In this document: piece after piece, positions 39,061 to 51,609 of the stretch | Numbering within the stretch: the stretch's first letter is position 1 | How the letters are laid out: the number at the start of each line of letters is the position of its first letter | Assembly (NCBI GenBank): GCA_951406725.2 | Contig: OX597814.1 | Span: forward strand, 87,668,001 to 87,732,000 | Direction: 5' to 3' | DNA from: Octopus vulgaris | Lineage: Eukaryota | Length of the DNA stretch: 64,000 bases | Translations under genes and position numbers: made by a program | The notes under the pieces: generated by a model | Database searches by the model: none | Seen by the model: the letters and a program-made list of their open reading frames with translations, nothing else | Told to the model about the DNA's origin: nothing

Positions 39061-41692
39061 CCATACAGTGCGCAGTTTCCATCCCATGCTTCAACCAGTA
39101 ATTTTCAAAATCTCACTAACTACCCACCGGAAGAAACTTATCTCTCAGAGAATAGATCAATAGAATTGTCTTCATACTATCTTATGGAATAACAAGACAC
39201 TACACGGGCGTAACAGCTTGTGATTTTAGGGAAATATTCGCGCAACACAATGTGGGTACATATGCAAGTGTACGGACAGGGAAAACTCCATATCCATACC
39301 GTGCTTCATCTGCAGACTTCAGAGCAAAAAAAAAAACAAAAAAAACAACAACAACAAAAAACCCCGACTCCTCCAACATCAAGTAGAGCACCCTCAACAG
39401 TGCACCCCCTTACTGAACTGGAATTCGTAATTGCCAATTCTGTTTCTGCGAGAAATTGTCATCATATATCATCTTTAAAACAGAAAGTGGAGCTAAAGTG
39501 CAACCCAAATTGTCTATGACACACCTGTTCATGAACTAGTCCTGCAATATTTAGGAAGAAGAAACAATAGGAATATCAGCGACGAGGCTGACTCCTGGAT
39601 TGTATTCATTTTCGTTGAATAATGTGGGTAGGGGGTCAATACCGAGGTAATTTTCGGCAATACGTGGTCGAGTGGGTTACCGTGAACATACAATTCCTCA
39701 TGACTTTGCAACAAGACAAAACTGTCCCGCAGAGGGTGTCATGAGGAAAACCTTAAAACCTCAGCATCCAGGGCAGAAAGCCCAGCTGCTACACGTGGCA
39801 GGAACAGCCATTTAAGGACTTTCTACTTAGAAAGCCTAAAATAACAAACAAAGGAACAAAAACAAATTATTGATGCTATTGATCCTAAGATGGCACTGGG
39901 CACAACTCTGAAATCGATAAAAAAAAATTCTCTTTATTGCTTAAACCCAGCCATAAGATCAAGAATCTCCTTTCCTAGCCAAATCCGGCGGAAACAATAA
40001 AAATCCTCTACAGCAATAGCAGCAAAAACTAAACGACTAAGGATCACCTCCTCACGGTAGTAGCACTCTATCCACTTATTGGGGATGGGAACCAGATGGA
40101 GAACAAAGATGATAGTCAAACTCTTTCGTATAAAAAGAGCCGAAAATAAACAAGGAGAACAATCGAAAAAGGCTACAAAAACGTACGAGGAGAGGTACAC
40201 CTTCTGCGAAGAGGAAACAATTGCCGATAACGACTCATCTCCTTTGAAGACGAGCCTATCTTCCCTGAGATGAGCCAGCCTTCTTACTGAATGAATGTAG
40301 AATCGTAGCGTGACGACTGTTATATGACAGGAAACTTGGTTGGCAAAATGCACCCATAGGTCAAAGAGTGGATATTGCACCTATTCCTTATGTGTTCATA
40401 TCAGTATAAATCTGGAGACGGTATATATATATCAGCAACACACATAGAGGTATAAATAATATAAACTTAGATATTTAAGGAAAAGTACGAGTGTACATGC
40501 ATATATGCATGTCCATTTTTCTCTTTTAAGATTGTCATTTTGTTGGGGTGGGAAACTTGCATATTCTTCTATACACAAGAGCTATGCTGTCTGGAACTAA
40601 GATTCGACGAAGCTACTCGTATAAACAGATGACAAATGCAAAGGTAAAGGAAAGCCATAGAAGAACGGCTTCATATATTTAATCAAACATTTCATTAGCC
40701 GCGTCGATATCATGGTTCGAGCTACCCGATAGAGCCGCCTGTCTAAAAAGAATTTTCGCATTCTGATTTTTTTTTTTGAGAATGGCTTCGTGTAATCAGT
40801 AAAATCATTTTTCACATAAACATAAATAAAATAACTTTGACATAACTGCCAGCGAATTTTCTTGATTAATTCTTAGTAAATGAGCGAAATTCATATTTTT
40901 GGACCTCTTCTCAAACTTTTGTTTCAATGTAAACAAAGGAATAAAGTTACACATTTCGCGTGTCTAATTATTTGGCATGAGATAAATTTGACCAATTCTA
41001 TAAAAGAAGTTATCAGTAACGCATTAAACTATCAATTGTCATAATGTTTTCAGCTTCATATTGAAAGCACTGATGAAAAGCAAAATAAATAATATCGATA
41101 ATAAATCAATTACACTGCTGAGATTCCATAATAAACATTGTTCTTCCCACTCCGTTACTTAATTGATTAGTATCTTATGTTGCATTGTGGGAAGGCGGTG
41201 TTAATTATTACAACATTCTCCCCTGTTTTTGTAGTGATTCCTAATTTCTCTTTTTAAATTTGATAATCTCTTTTTATGAAAATAATTGCTGTATTTTTTT
41301 CTTTACGATTCCCTTTCAGTTAATAAGAAAGGATTTTTTAACGTTCGCCTTCGTCAAAGAATATATGAAATTGTTTGTTACGTATTCTCTTTGTTTACAG
41401 TGGATAGTTTTCCATTTAAATATATTTTGTTAGTGAAGGTGTGACATTTTTAGCTCGTAGCATTAGGTGAATACAAAGCTTTCATATTCAAAACCGCTTT
41501 TGGGAAACCCTTGCGCTATAGTTTATTTATTTCTGCACATTTACATTGTCAGTCAGCTGCTGCTTCTATTGTTCGGACGTCAGGCGAAGATATATCTTAC
41601 ACACATGTGTATTTCGCTTTTCACCAGCACTTTTAATATATATAGATTTTTGTCAACGTATCATATATAAGAAAAAAAAGCACACTCTAAAG

Positions 41693-42001
41693 CAGGGGTC
41701 GGGTAAGCTTTTTACCCAATTACCCCAAAATACATTCATTTACACCGACGTAACCCCCTTGGTTTGAAAGGAAGAATATCATAGAGTCTTTGAATTCAAA
41801 AGGTTTATTAAACCTATTTATACGAATCTATTTATATGTCCATTACATTGGACAGATGCAGTGTTGCTAGAAGAAAAATTTCTGTCGCAACAAGGAACTC
41901 GTTTTTTATGTAATTTTACTTATATCTAATGAGTCCTCATCACCCACAAAAATTTCGTTTTTACCCCACTTTCGTAATTTATCCCGGTTCGCCGACCCTT
42001 G
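41693..42001. mobile_element. hAT (Charlie-like) MITE
   Basis: TIRs caggggtcgg / ccgacccttg. The 8-bp TSD is ctctaaag / ctctaacg (NTCTARAN type). Confidence 0.8.
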
Positions 42002-42042
42002 CTCTAACGCATTAAACAGTAATGTAGATAAGTATATGTCCG

Positions 42043-42146
42043 GTCATAGAGTGACCAATGGTTTCGCATCCACAAAGTGCTTAGCTCCATGGACTTCCAT
42101 GAGGCTTAGCCCTTCGTGGATGCGAAACCATTAGTCACTTTATGAC
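42043..42146. repeat. Palindromic (hairpin) mini-element
   Basis: gtcatagagtgaccaatggtttcgcatccac pairs with gtggatgcgaaaccattagtcactttatgac. Confidence 0.85.
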
Positions 42147-42293
42147 ATGATATAGACATATATATATGTATATATATGGCATTAATTTGCGTTTCAAATG
42201 TTTGTGCAGTTGTTTCTTGTGTGTCTGTGTTGTAGAGTAAATTAAAATTATCAGCTGCTGACTGATAATGTAAATGTCAAGAAATAAATAAAC

Positions 42294-42717
42294 GGATCTT
42301 TTCGGTTTGACCAGCAGTTTTTAAAAATAATTTCCATGTAACTAAACACTTTTAAACTTCGTATACTGGTAGAATGTGTTTATAAAACATCTTTTTCTCT
42401 TGGCTTTATTGAGGAAATTTTATAATTTGTAAGATAGTTGTTGTTTTTTTTCTTCAATTTCTGCAATTTCAACCAATCAATGACGTCCATTGAGGTAAAA
42501 AATATGAATATGTCCCTCGTTTAAGAAACAGATTGGGTTTATTTACATTTCTGAAAAAAAAAAAGATACCCTTCCCCCCATCCCTAACCCTAACCCTTAA
42601 CCCTAACTAACCCTAAAACAGATTGAAATGCAATAGATCGATACTAGGGTCATAATTATGGGTGACAATTTCATATGACACCGCTAGAAAAAACTGCCGT
42701 TCAAACCAAAAAGATCC
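42294..42717. mobile_element. Unclassified MITE with GGATC termini and internal (TAACCC)n
   Basis: TIRs ggatcttttcggtttgaccagcagttttt / aaaaactgccgttcaaaccaaaaagatcc. Short TAACCC-like repeats at ~42582-42616. No clear TSD. Confidence 0.7.
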
Positions 42718-42724
42718 AAAAAGA

Positions 42725-44015
42725 AAAGAAAAAATGCAATAGGTGTACTAAACGATTATGAAAAAAAAAGATGCAGGCTGGCGAACAGTGGGGTGAGGAC
42801 AAGACTTGGAAAATTCACACGATCAAACTCTCAGGATCCGAAAACTCAACGTTAACACCAGGTCACAAAAATGAAAAAAATATATAGTGTAATAGGTGTA
42901 AAACAACACGTAGTAAACAAATATGAAGAAAAATTGCATGCTGGCGAACGGGTGGGAGTGAGAGGACACGAAAAATTCACACAATCTAACTCACAGGATC
43001 CAAAATCTTAATGTTAACATCTGGTCACAATAATGAAAATCAGTGGAAAATTTTGTAATTAGGGGCAGGGTAAGGGTGAATGTTTAAAATAATTTGCAAT
43101 GTGTAAGATGTTTGTAAGCAATCTCAGAACTACAAAAACTGTTAGTTTCACTGCGACATTTAAATTTCATTTATGTCTAAATATTTTCATTATTTGAGAC
43201 TGCAACAAAACCATGACAAAAATTCAGGCTGCATCTGTTTTGTCAGTGAACAAGTCATGGTTTGAAAATATTTAGACACAAATGAGATTTAAATGTTGCA
43301 GTGAAACTAATGGGTTTTTTTTCTTTGTGTGTGTGTGTGTGTTCTTACATACATCTTCACTGCAATTGTTTCTGTTAATACCATTATGCAGAATACAGAA
43401 TTGAAAAAATTTTGTGTGCAAATTTTTGTTTCCATCTTCGTTTATAGCATAGATAATTTTTCCTCTGAAATTCCACCTTCGACCTGCAGGATGCATTGGT
43501 TGGCCCAAGGCTATAATTGAAAACACTTGCCCAAGGTGCCATGCAGTGGGACTGAACCTGGAACCATGTGGTTGGGAAGAATATCTATTTTCTTGAGGGA
43601 AAAAAATCAGATTGTATGAATTTTCCTGGTTCTCTCCCCACACCTCATTTGTCACCTCATTTTTTCATAATTGTTTAGTATACATTATTTTACACCTATT
43701 GCACTTTTTCTTTTTACTTTTAGTGGTCAGGTGTCGAAGATGGCTTACTGGATCGAGTGAATCATCTGAATTCACATCTCACCACCCTCACCACAAAAAT
43801 TGAAAAAAATTACTGTACTAGGTGTAAAATAATGTGTAGTAAACGAATATGAAGAAAAAATTGTGTCGATGAATGGGTAAGTGGTGAGAGGACTTGGAAC
43901 ATTCCCGATGTGAATTTTCTGAGTTGTTTCTCCACACCCTATTTGCCAGCTCGAAATTTTTTTCGCATATTCATTTACTACTATTTTTTTTCCCATTTTT
44001 TTTTGTCCTGGTCAG
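42725..44015. repeat. Foldback-like array of direct and inverted ~160-bp units with a central palindrome
   Basis: Two direct units (aataggtgta...gctggcgaac...aaaattcacac...ggatcc...ggtcacaa) span 42735-43040, with related direct and inverted copies at 43600-44015. An inner inverted repeat pairs 43135-43190 with 43263-43320. Confidence 0.6.
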
Positions 44016-45729
44016 AAACTGGAGGTTAACCAAAAAACTTAGTTCAATTAAAGAAAAATACACTTTTCACTATCCAATCACCACGTCCACCAACATCATC
44101 TCTCTCTGCCTTTCTTTAACCTCACCATTAGAACATCACACCTCTGCTAAAATTATATTTTTAACTCTCTTCCTCTAGCTCATCACTACCTTCAAGTAAC
44201 TTTTTTAACCATGTAATATTATGTTCCCCCTACTTCACATCATGGACGCTTCTCTCTTTCCCTTTTTCTTTCACCCTCTTTCTGTCACACTCTTCATCTT
44301 ATCCTCTTTTTTTCTCTCCTTTTTCTTTCTTCTCTATTTTCCTTCAGCAAATCACGTGAAAACATTACAATTACATTCCCTCTACCTCACATCATGAACG
44401 CTTCTCTGTCCCTCTTTTTCTCTCACCCTCCTTTTCTCCTATCACATGAAATCGTTACTGACGGGCTAAGTAATGGAATAGCAAGCAAAATTATTATAAG
44501 ATACTCCATTTACTCTGCTTTTAATGATAGCGTGGATTTTTGGGGAAGAGTAATTTTATCAGATCATTTAATATTTGTTGTTACTGTTTCATATGTCAAA
44601 ATATTTTTTTTTAATTCTCAAAAGGAACAAAATTAACTCAAGAGTTTTCCCAAACAACACATTTTCTTTGCAAACCATGATGATGCCTTGCCCCACTACC
44701 AATTTAAAAAAAAATCTTCGCTGAGTGAAAACCATACTTAACTGACTAATTTGACCAATTTGATCACCCTCATTTTGTTAAGATTATATTTGGCCTTACT
44801 GTAAGACATTCATTATACAATCTCTTCATGCGCTGTTGAGAGAAAAAGAGGCTTGGCCAAATTTCAACGGGAAATTCACTGCTTCTTGATGGGTAGCACA
44901 GTAGCTAGGGTGTTGGGCTCATAATCATAAGATCATGGGTTCACTTCCTGCTCCATGGCTAATGAATTCAGCACTATACTTTATTACATGCTGCTTCAGT
45001 GCATGACTACCAACCAGGTGATAGTGCAGCTCTCTCTCTCTCCTCTAGCAGTCATATCCTTGATGTAATACCTAAAGCAATTAGTGAGAAAATGGAACAT
45101 GTTGGATCACAAGACAACTGGTTGTACTATACTAAGAGCATGTTGAATTTTAAGAGGTTGCTTTTAAGTGTAAACATTACATTTTAATTGTACTGATGCC
45201 TGTTTTTCAACATTTCTTTGATTTAATCCTGACAATGAAATCTGTATTGACGGATGTAGTAGCTACTATTTTTAGCATTGTTGGGAGATAGCAACACATA
45301 TGAGTGTGTTGTTTGTTACTCTTGTTGTTTAGAACTACAGCCAGCTCTGATCTGGTTGACCTTTGATCTAAGACAAACAATCTCATTTTTACTTTTTTCA
45401 GTTAGTGTTTGTGGGCTGTCTTATCCAATGTCCTTAAAAAAAAAAATGGAACAATGGTAGGGTTTATGACATGAGAGAGACTTTGGCTTAAATTTAACAA
45501 TGTGTTGGAGTACCTTTAAAAGATGGGATGATCATGGGTGGAATGTGCCAGTGTATCAGAAAATAATATAATGGTGGGCAACAAACTTAAACAAATGTAA
45601 TGATACTAGATGTACCCACTATGACCCATTGGCCCACAACCACTTCAAGTTGAAAATGTTGATGCAAAGCAGGAAAGGTAAAAAATACTATTTCAAACTT
45701 CATGCTATAAAATTCTTAAATAACACAGT

Positions 45730-46285
45730 TCTTCTGCCTTTGGAGTGACAACATAAACACAACCAAGTGTTTCTTCTTTGAAAATGTTCAAATAGCCTTC
45801 AACAATTTTTCCTTACTTTCTTCTTTGCCATTCTTTGTTACTACTGTTCCAAGTGAAATACATGGGAACTTCAGTATAAAGTAATATTTTTGCAAAGTTA
45901 TCATTGATGCGCAATGAAAAAAATTCCGTCAATGTCTTTCTATGTTGTTCATTGACAGCCATATATATCCTCATTATTTCTGAGCAATATTCTTTGTTCA
46001 TCTGGTAGATGAACTTGCAGTCCCACTATTGCAGGTGCTCTTTCATGAAATGATAATCATAAAATTGATGCAACTGCTTTGGATGGTCCAATATACCTTA
46101 CCCATTAGATATTGGCTAATTTTGTTGTCATTGTTTATTTGAACAACAGCTTAGTCATTTCCTTTCAGCATGTACTTGATGACCTATTTAATTGATCTCA
46201 CTGAGATGACAATTTCAACGTTGCAGTGGCATTTGAAAGCTCTTAAAAGAGTTTCATTATAAGGCACAACCCATTTGTTGTTTGT
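45730..46285 (-). mobile_element. Helitron RepHel (Rep region) fragment
   Basis: Minus strand reads NKWVVPYNETLLRAFKCHCNVEIVISVRSIK*VIKYMLKGND, then LQVHLPDEQ and KTLTEFF...LLYTEVPMYFTWNSSNKEWQRRK, all typical Helitron Rep motifs. Confidence 0.85.
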
Positions 46286-46687
46286 TTTTCCATTCTTATG
46301 AGATTCAACTCATCCCATTGCGACTGATCTTCATCTATAAAGGGATAGTCTCTCTGTTTTTCTGTCTTTTGATTAAGATAATAAAGATTGATATTATATC
46401 GTTTGATGATGATGATGATGATATATATATATATATTTCTTTCTTTTTAGTGAAAAGGTTTTTCCCATCGTTGTTAAGTGTGTGGTGACCACAAAATCGA
46501 CCTAGAAGGGGGTGGGGGTGAAAAACAATCATCGTGCATATACCCACAAAATCAAACAAAATCAGCCCAAAAGGGGTTGGAATGAGGTGGAGTTAAAAAA
46601 GAAAAACATCATTTTTCGAAATTCCTTTTTGATAAAAAGATATTGCTGCCATTTCCAAGGGTACCAAGAAAAACATATCTTAAAATT

Positions 46688-46724
<37 letters not shown>

Positions 46725-46844
46725 GCATATAATATATATATATATATAATATATATACAGGGTGTCCCAGAAGTCACACACCATTCTGGTTTTCATTTAA
46801 AATAATTAAAGCATTTTATTTTATTATATTTTTTCAGCATTTGC

Positions 46845-47214
46845 TGAGGACATTTTAGCCCTTGGAGAAGGCAAGGTCCCTAGGAATGACAGGGGCAACA
46901 TATCCATCTCTGAACTGTGCAACACCATGGACAACCCTTCCGATCTTTTGGAAATAGAGTTCCCCAATCTGGAAAGTAATTATGCAGACATCAATTGGTT
47001 CAGTGAAAGAGCTATCCTGGCCTCCAAAAATGTAACTGTCAGGGCTATCAACGACCAGCTCATAAGCCGAATTCCAGGTGAGGAGCGTATCTACAAATCG
47101 ATTGACTGGACCTCTGACCCCCAAGACATTGTCAATTACCCTATCGAGTTTCTCAACTTATTGGAACCAGCAGGGCTTCCACATCACATTCTTAGGCTAA
47201 GGGTTGGATGCTAA
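46845..47214 (+). mobile_element. Helitron PIF1-like helicase fragment
   Basis: ORF 46927..47214 reads WFSERAILASKNVTVRAIND...YKSID...YPIEFLNLLEPAGLPHHILRLRVGC. Confidence 0.88.
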
Positions 47215-47277
47215 TCAGAAACTTGCTAGTATATATATATATATATATTGTATATAGATATACATATATATGTATAT

Positions 47278-49100
47278 GTGATGCAGTTTGGGAAAAGCAC
47301 CACTGATGCTATATTTCTGGTAAGAGAAGTATCTAACCAAAGATAGACCTCTGTACCTCGCTTTTGTTGACATGGAGAAAGCCTTTGACAGGGTTCCCTG
47401 ATCCCTTATCTGGTGGTCAATGAGGAAACTAGGGATAAATGAATGGTTAGTGAGAGCTGTGCAAGCCATGTACAGGGATGCTGTCAGTAAGATGAGGGTT
47501 GGCAACAAGTACAGTGAAGAATTTCAGGTAGGGGTAGTGGTTCACCAAAGATCAGTCGTCAGTCCCCTCTTATTCATCATAGTCCTCCAGGCAATAACAG
47601 AGGAATTCAAGACAGGATGCCCCTGGGAGCTCCTCTATGCTGATGACCTTGCTCTCACTGCTGAGTCACTATTAGAAATAGAGGAAAAGTTTTAGGTGTG
47701 GAAGCAAGGATTAGAATCAAAGGGCCTTAGAGTCAACCTAGCTAAAACCAAAGTCTTAATAAGTAGGGAGGCAGATAAACCACAAACCCCTTCAGGTAGA
47801 TGGCCCTGATCAATCTATAGAAAAGGTGTAGGTAGAAACTCCATAAGATGTACCCAGTGTAAGCTATGGACTCATAAAAGATGCAGCAATATCAAAGGGA
47901 GGCTAACTGGGAAGATAGGTTTTGCATGTGGCAAATGCACAGGTGCTGTAAACACTGAAAATGTGCAGAGAACAGCTTCTGTCACATTCCAGGGAGAAAA
48001 ACTACAAGTAGTTGATAGGTAACGATACCTACGGAACCAAGTCAGTAGCAGGGGTGGATGCTCTGAAAGTTTAGCTGCTAGAAAAAGAATAGCCTGGGCA
48101 AAGTTCAGAGAGCTCCTACCTCTGTTGGTGACAAAGGGCCTCTCGCTCAGAGTAAAAGGTAGACTGTAGGATGCGTGTGTGCAAATAGCCATGCTACATG
48201 GTAGTGAAACATGGGCCATGACTGCTGAGGACATGCGTAAGCTAGCAAGGAATGAAGCATGCTCCACTGGATGTGTAATGTCAGTGTGCATACATGACAG
48301 AGTGTAAGCATTTTGAGAGAAAAGTTGGATTTAAGAAGCATTAAACGTGGTGTGTAAGAGAGACAACTGTGCTGGTATGGTCATGTGTTGCAAATGAACG
48401 AGGACATCTGTGTGAAAAAGTGTCGCACCCTAATAGTTGAGGGAACCTGTGGAAGAGGTAGACCCAGGAAAACCTGGGATGAGGTTGTGAAGCATGACCT
48501 TCAAACATTGGGTCTTACCGAGGCAGTGACTAGTGACTGAGACCTTTGGAGATATACTGTGCTTGAGACCTGACAAGCCAAGTGAGACCATAGCACATGG
48601 CCTATGCCAGTGGGTGTAACCAGCCCATTTATGAATACCCCTCATTTATTGGACAATAAACCTTGCTTGTGAAGACATTGAGGCAAGTTAAATCAAAATC
48701 AAAATTGCTGATGTGGCTGATGACAGTACCGCTTGATTGGCACTGGTGACAGTGGAACATTAAAAGTACATCCAAACATTGGGTGTAACCGGGCCACTTA
48801 TGAGTACCCGTCATTCATTGGACAATGAACTTTGCTTGCAAAGGCCTATTGAGGCAAGTGTAAACAAATCAAAATCACTGAGGTGGCTGATGACATTACC
48901 ACCTGATTGGCTCTTGTGCTGGTGGCACATAAATGCAACCACTACACTCTCGGAGTGGTTGGCGTTAGGAAGGGCAGCCATCTGTAGAAACTATGCCAGA
49001 TCAGATTGAGCCTGGTGCAGCCTCTGGCTCACCAGTCCTCAGTCAAACCGTCCAACCCATGCCAGCATGGAAAGTGGATGTAAAATGATGATGAGGATGT
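47278..49100 (+). mobile_element. RTE-clade LINE, 5'-truncated RT plus 3' UTR with (TGA)n tail
   Basis: KSTTDAIF, LAFVDMEKAFDRVP, VHQ.SV.SPLLFI and LLYADDL (RT motifs) are followed by WYGHV and RGRPRKTW. The 3' end reads aaaccgtccaacccatgccagcatggaa...atgatgatga. Many CpG-decay stops. Confidence 0.93.
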
Positions 49101-49419
49101 ATATATATATATATAAATATATTATATAGACATAGATAGATAGATAGATATGTAGAAGGGTGAAAAGGAACACATGAGTTGATATATATGGAAAAAAAGT
49201 CAAGGTAGAAAATGCTAAAATAATCTTATAAAAAAGCATTTCAGTACCGGTTTCAGTCATTGGCACTTTTTCCACTGTAAGTATGGAAAACAATTAAATT
49301 TTGGAAAAATTAAAAGAAATGTTTTTTAAAAGAATATTTGCATAGTATGCAAATACAAGGGACATTTTCTTTGTTTCTGCCTGTCTCTGTCTCTCTTATT
49401 TACTCTTGTGGATTTGAGT

Positions 49420-49870
49420 TGTGAATTCTTGGCAGGGAAGAAGAAGGAGGTGGAGGAGGAGGAGAATAATAATGCGGTAGTGGTATGATAGTAGTAGGAT
49501 GTTAAATGGTCAAGTCCCCTGAAAGTGACTAGTTGTGGATGGTAGTAGTGATTGAATTCTTGAAATATCTCTTTTGAATGTTTTGTTTATAAAATTTGCA
49601 TAGGTGTTATTCTGAACAGCAATAATGGTAAAGTTAGGAAGGAGGTGGCGGAGAGGAAGATGAAGAATAAGAAGGAAACAGATAAGGGAGAATATGAAAG
49701 GAATGTAAGTGGTATGATAGTAGTAGGATGTTAAATGGTCAAGTGACCTAAAAGTATTTCGTTATGGATTATAGCAGTGATTGGGACTGTTTTTTTAATG
49801 AATTCTTGGGAATCTCTTGAGTGTATCATTTTTAATATTTGCATGTGTGTTTGTGTTATTCTAAGGCTGT
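49420..49870. repeat. Diverged tandem duplication, ~230-bp unit
   Basis: gtggtatgatagtagtaggatgttaaatggtcaagt occurs at 49480 and 49709 with collinear downstream sequence. Confidence 0.8.
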
Positions 49871-50419
49871 GGTGGATATGTCGTTTGTTGTAGATGTGTT
49901 CAAAAGGGGTCTGTATTTTGTATTGAAGAGAGCCTAGCAGTTAGGGTTCATAGCTGAGATTTGAACCCTAACTGCTAGATATTTGATCACGCATCACAAG
50001 AAAGCCACCTCAGTTTCATATGCTTGATCTATAAATTAACCAATCGGTGTGAAGCTATGGTATGATATGGTTTTCTTGATTGTTCTAGAATTTATTTTGT
50101 TCCCCTACAAAAGACCAGCTTGGTACTTTGGCTCATTGCAAAGCATTGAAAGAGGCTTACTGAGTCATGCACCTTCTCTCTTGCCAAACAGAAAGTTCTG
50201 GACATTAGGACAGACTACACCAGATTCTGCTTAGGAGGTTGTGTCCTAGCATATGTGTTGCTTCTTTTAGTTTTCGTATTTTCCAGTGGTGTTCTCTGTC
50301 TATTATTTTTACTTCATCCCATTATCTGTCTATTATTTTTACTTCTCCATTTTTCTATACCTGATTTATCAATATCTCCTTGTGTCACAGTCTACCCTTA
50401 TTTTGAGGGGATGGCATGT

Positions 50420-50990
50420 TTCGTCTTGTATAACCTACCACAGCTGCATGGGATGGAGTACATGCAGTTTTTAGTTTTACTCAAAGGAAATATTTGCGAA
50501 GTGTTGTATTACTCTTGAATATTGTCCTGATGTCATATGGGCTGCATATCTTTTGTATCTTTTCAGTGAGGCCTTTCACATAGGGTAGACAGACTGTGGA
50601 CAGTTTATTGGTTTCATCCTCTTTTCTTCACAACTGGAGTGGATAGTATGTTTTGAGGGTAGTTGTTGCTCAATAGATTGTTACTGAGCTTGATCATTTC
50701 TTCGTGGTGGGTATCACATTCGCTACTTGTATTCTTTGCTCGATGTTTTAGGCACTGAGCAATCCCTCTCTTACAGTGTATAGGTGGTGGGAATTGAAGT
50801 TGAGGTATTGTCCAGTGAAGGTTGGCTTGCAGTCTACAGATGTCTTGGATCCATACTTGGTGCATGTTATTAATACGTCCAGGAATGCTAGCTGATTGTC
50901 TTTTTCCTTTTCCATTGTGAACTGTATGGAAGGCTTTATTGAGTTCACAGGATCTAACAGCACTTGGACATCTTCTTGGTGGGGTCAGAG
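50420..50990 (-). mobile_element. Penelope-like element RT C-terminus / GIY-YIG start
   Basis: Reads NSIKPSIQFTMEKEKDNQLAFLDVLI...KPTFTGQYLNFNSHH, KRGIAQCLKHRA, LPYVKGLTEKI and YSIPCSCG. Confidence 0.88.
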
Positions 50991-51044
50991 TATAACATCA
51001 TAAAATAACTTAGGAATGGGAACCCAGGTTCGAAATTTCCCCAC

Positions 51045-51087
51045 GACATCTGATGAAGGCTGGAGGGTATATCAGCTGAAACGTGTT
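51045..51087 (+). ncRNA. Degenerate minimal hammerhead ribozyme motif (PLE pseudo-LTR type)
   Basis: gacat-CTGATGA-a-ggctg(gagggtatat)cagct-GAAAC-gtgtt has the core boxes, a 5-bp stem II and stem I gacat/gtgtt. The stem III/cleavage triplet appears deleted. Confidence 0.55.
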
Positions 51088-51609
51088 AACAACAAGCAGG
51101 ATGAGGACAAATATCTGTCAAATGTAAATAATGTCTCATAAGTAATTTCTATGGATGTGGTGCAGTTTTTTACTCTCTCCCATTTGGCAATTATTAATAT
51201 AATTCATTGTAAATAGCCAACACCAAATATCAATATGTCTTGCAATAAATATTAAGTTAAATGTTCAGGAGTTTGCTTCAGTTATTATTCTTGCAACCAA
51301 TGACATCCACATGTACACTATACAGTGTTAACAAAGCTATCCACTTTGGCAATGGCAATGTATAGTTCTGAAGTATATCTTCATTGATCAGTTCAACTTA
51401 TGCAGATCTTGTGTCAAGAGCATCAAACAAACAACTATTATGGCTCATGTTAATTCTAAATCATTACAATTTCTAAATTAATACATATTTAATGGGCTAT
51501 TCATCTAACTTCAAATATAACTGAAATTCATAGCAAAATACAGGATTTGTTATAAAAAAAAGTTTATATTTTTATACAAACAAAATAGACACACATGACA
51601 CACATGAAA

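Noticed and set aside
39520-40400. ORF 39934..40380 (148 aa) as a host gene
   Set aside because: No domain is recognisable. The plus strand looks like a very decayed RTE-type LINE, too degraded to call.
42582-42616. (TAACCC)n as an interstitial telomere or fusion site
   Set aside because: Only a few degenerate units, and they lie inside a TIR-bounded MITE.
42725-43040. CRISPR-like repeat-spacer array
   Set aside because: This is eukaryotic DNA; the units are long diverged tandem repeats without unique spacers, and there are no cas genes.
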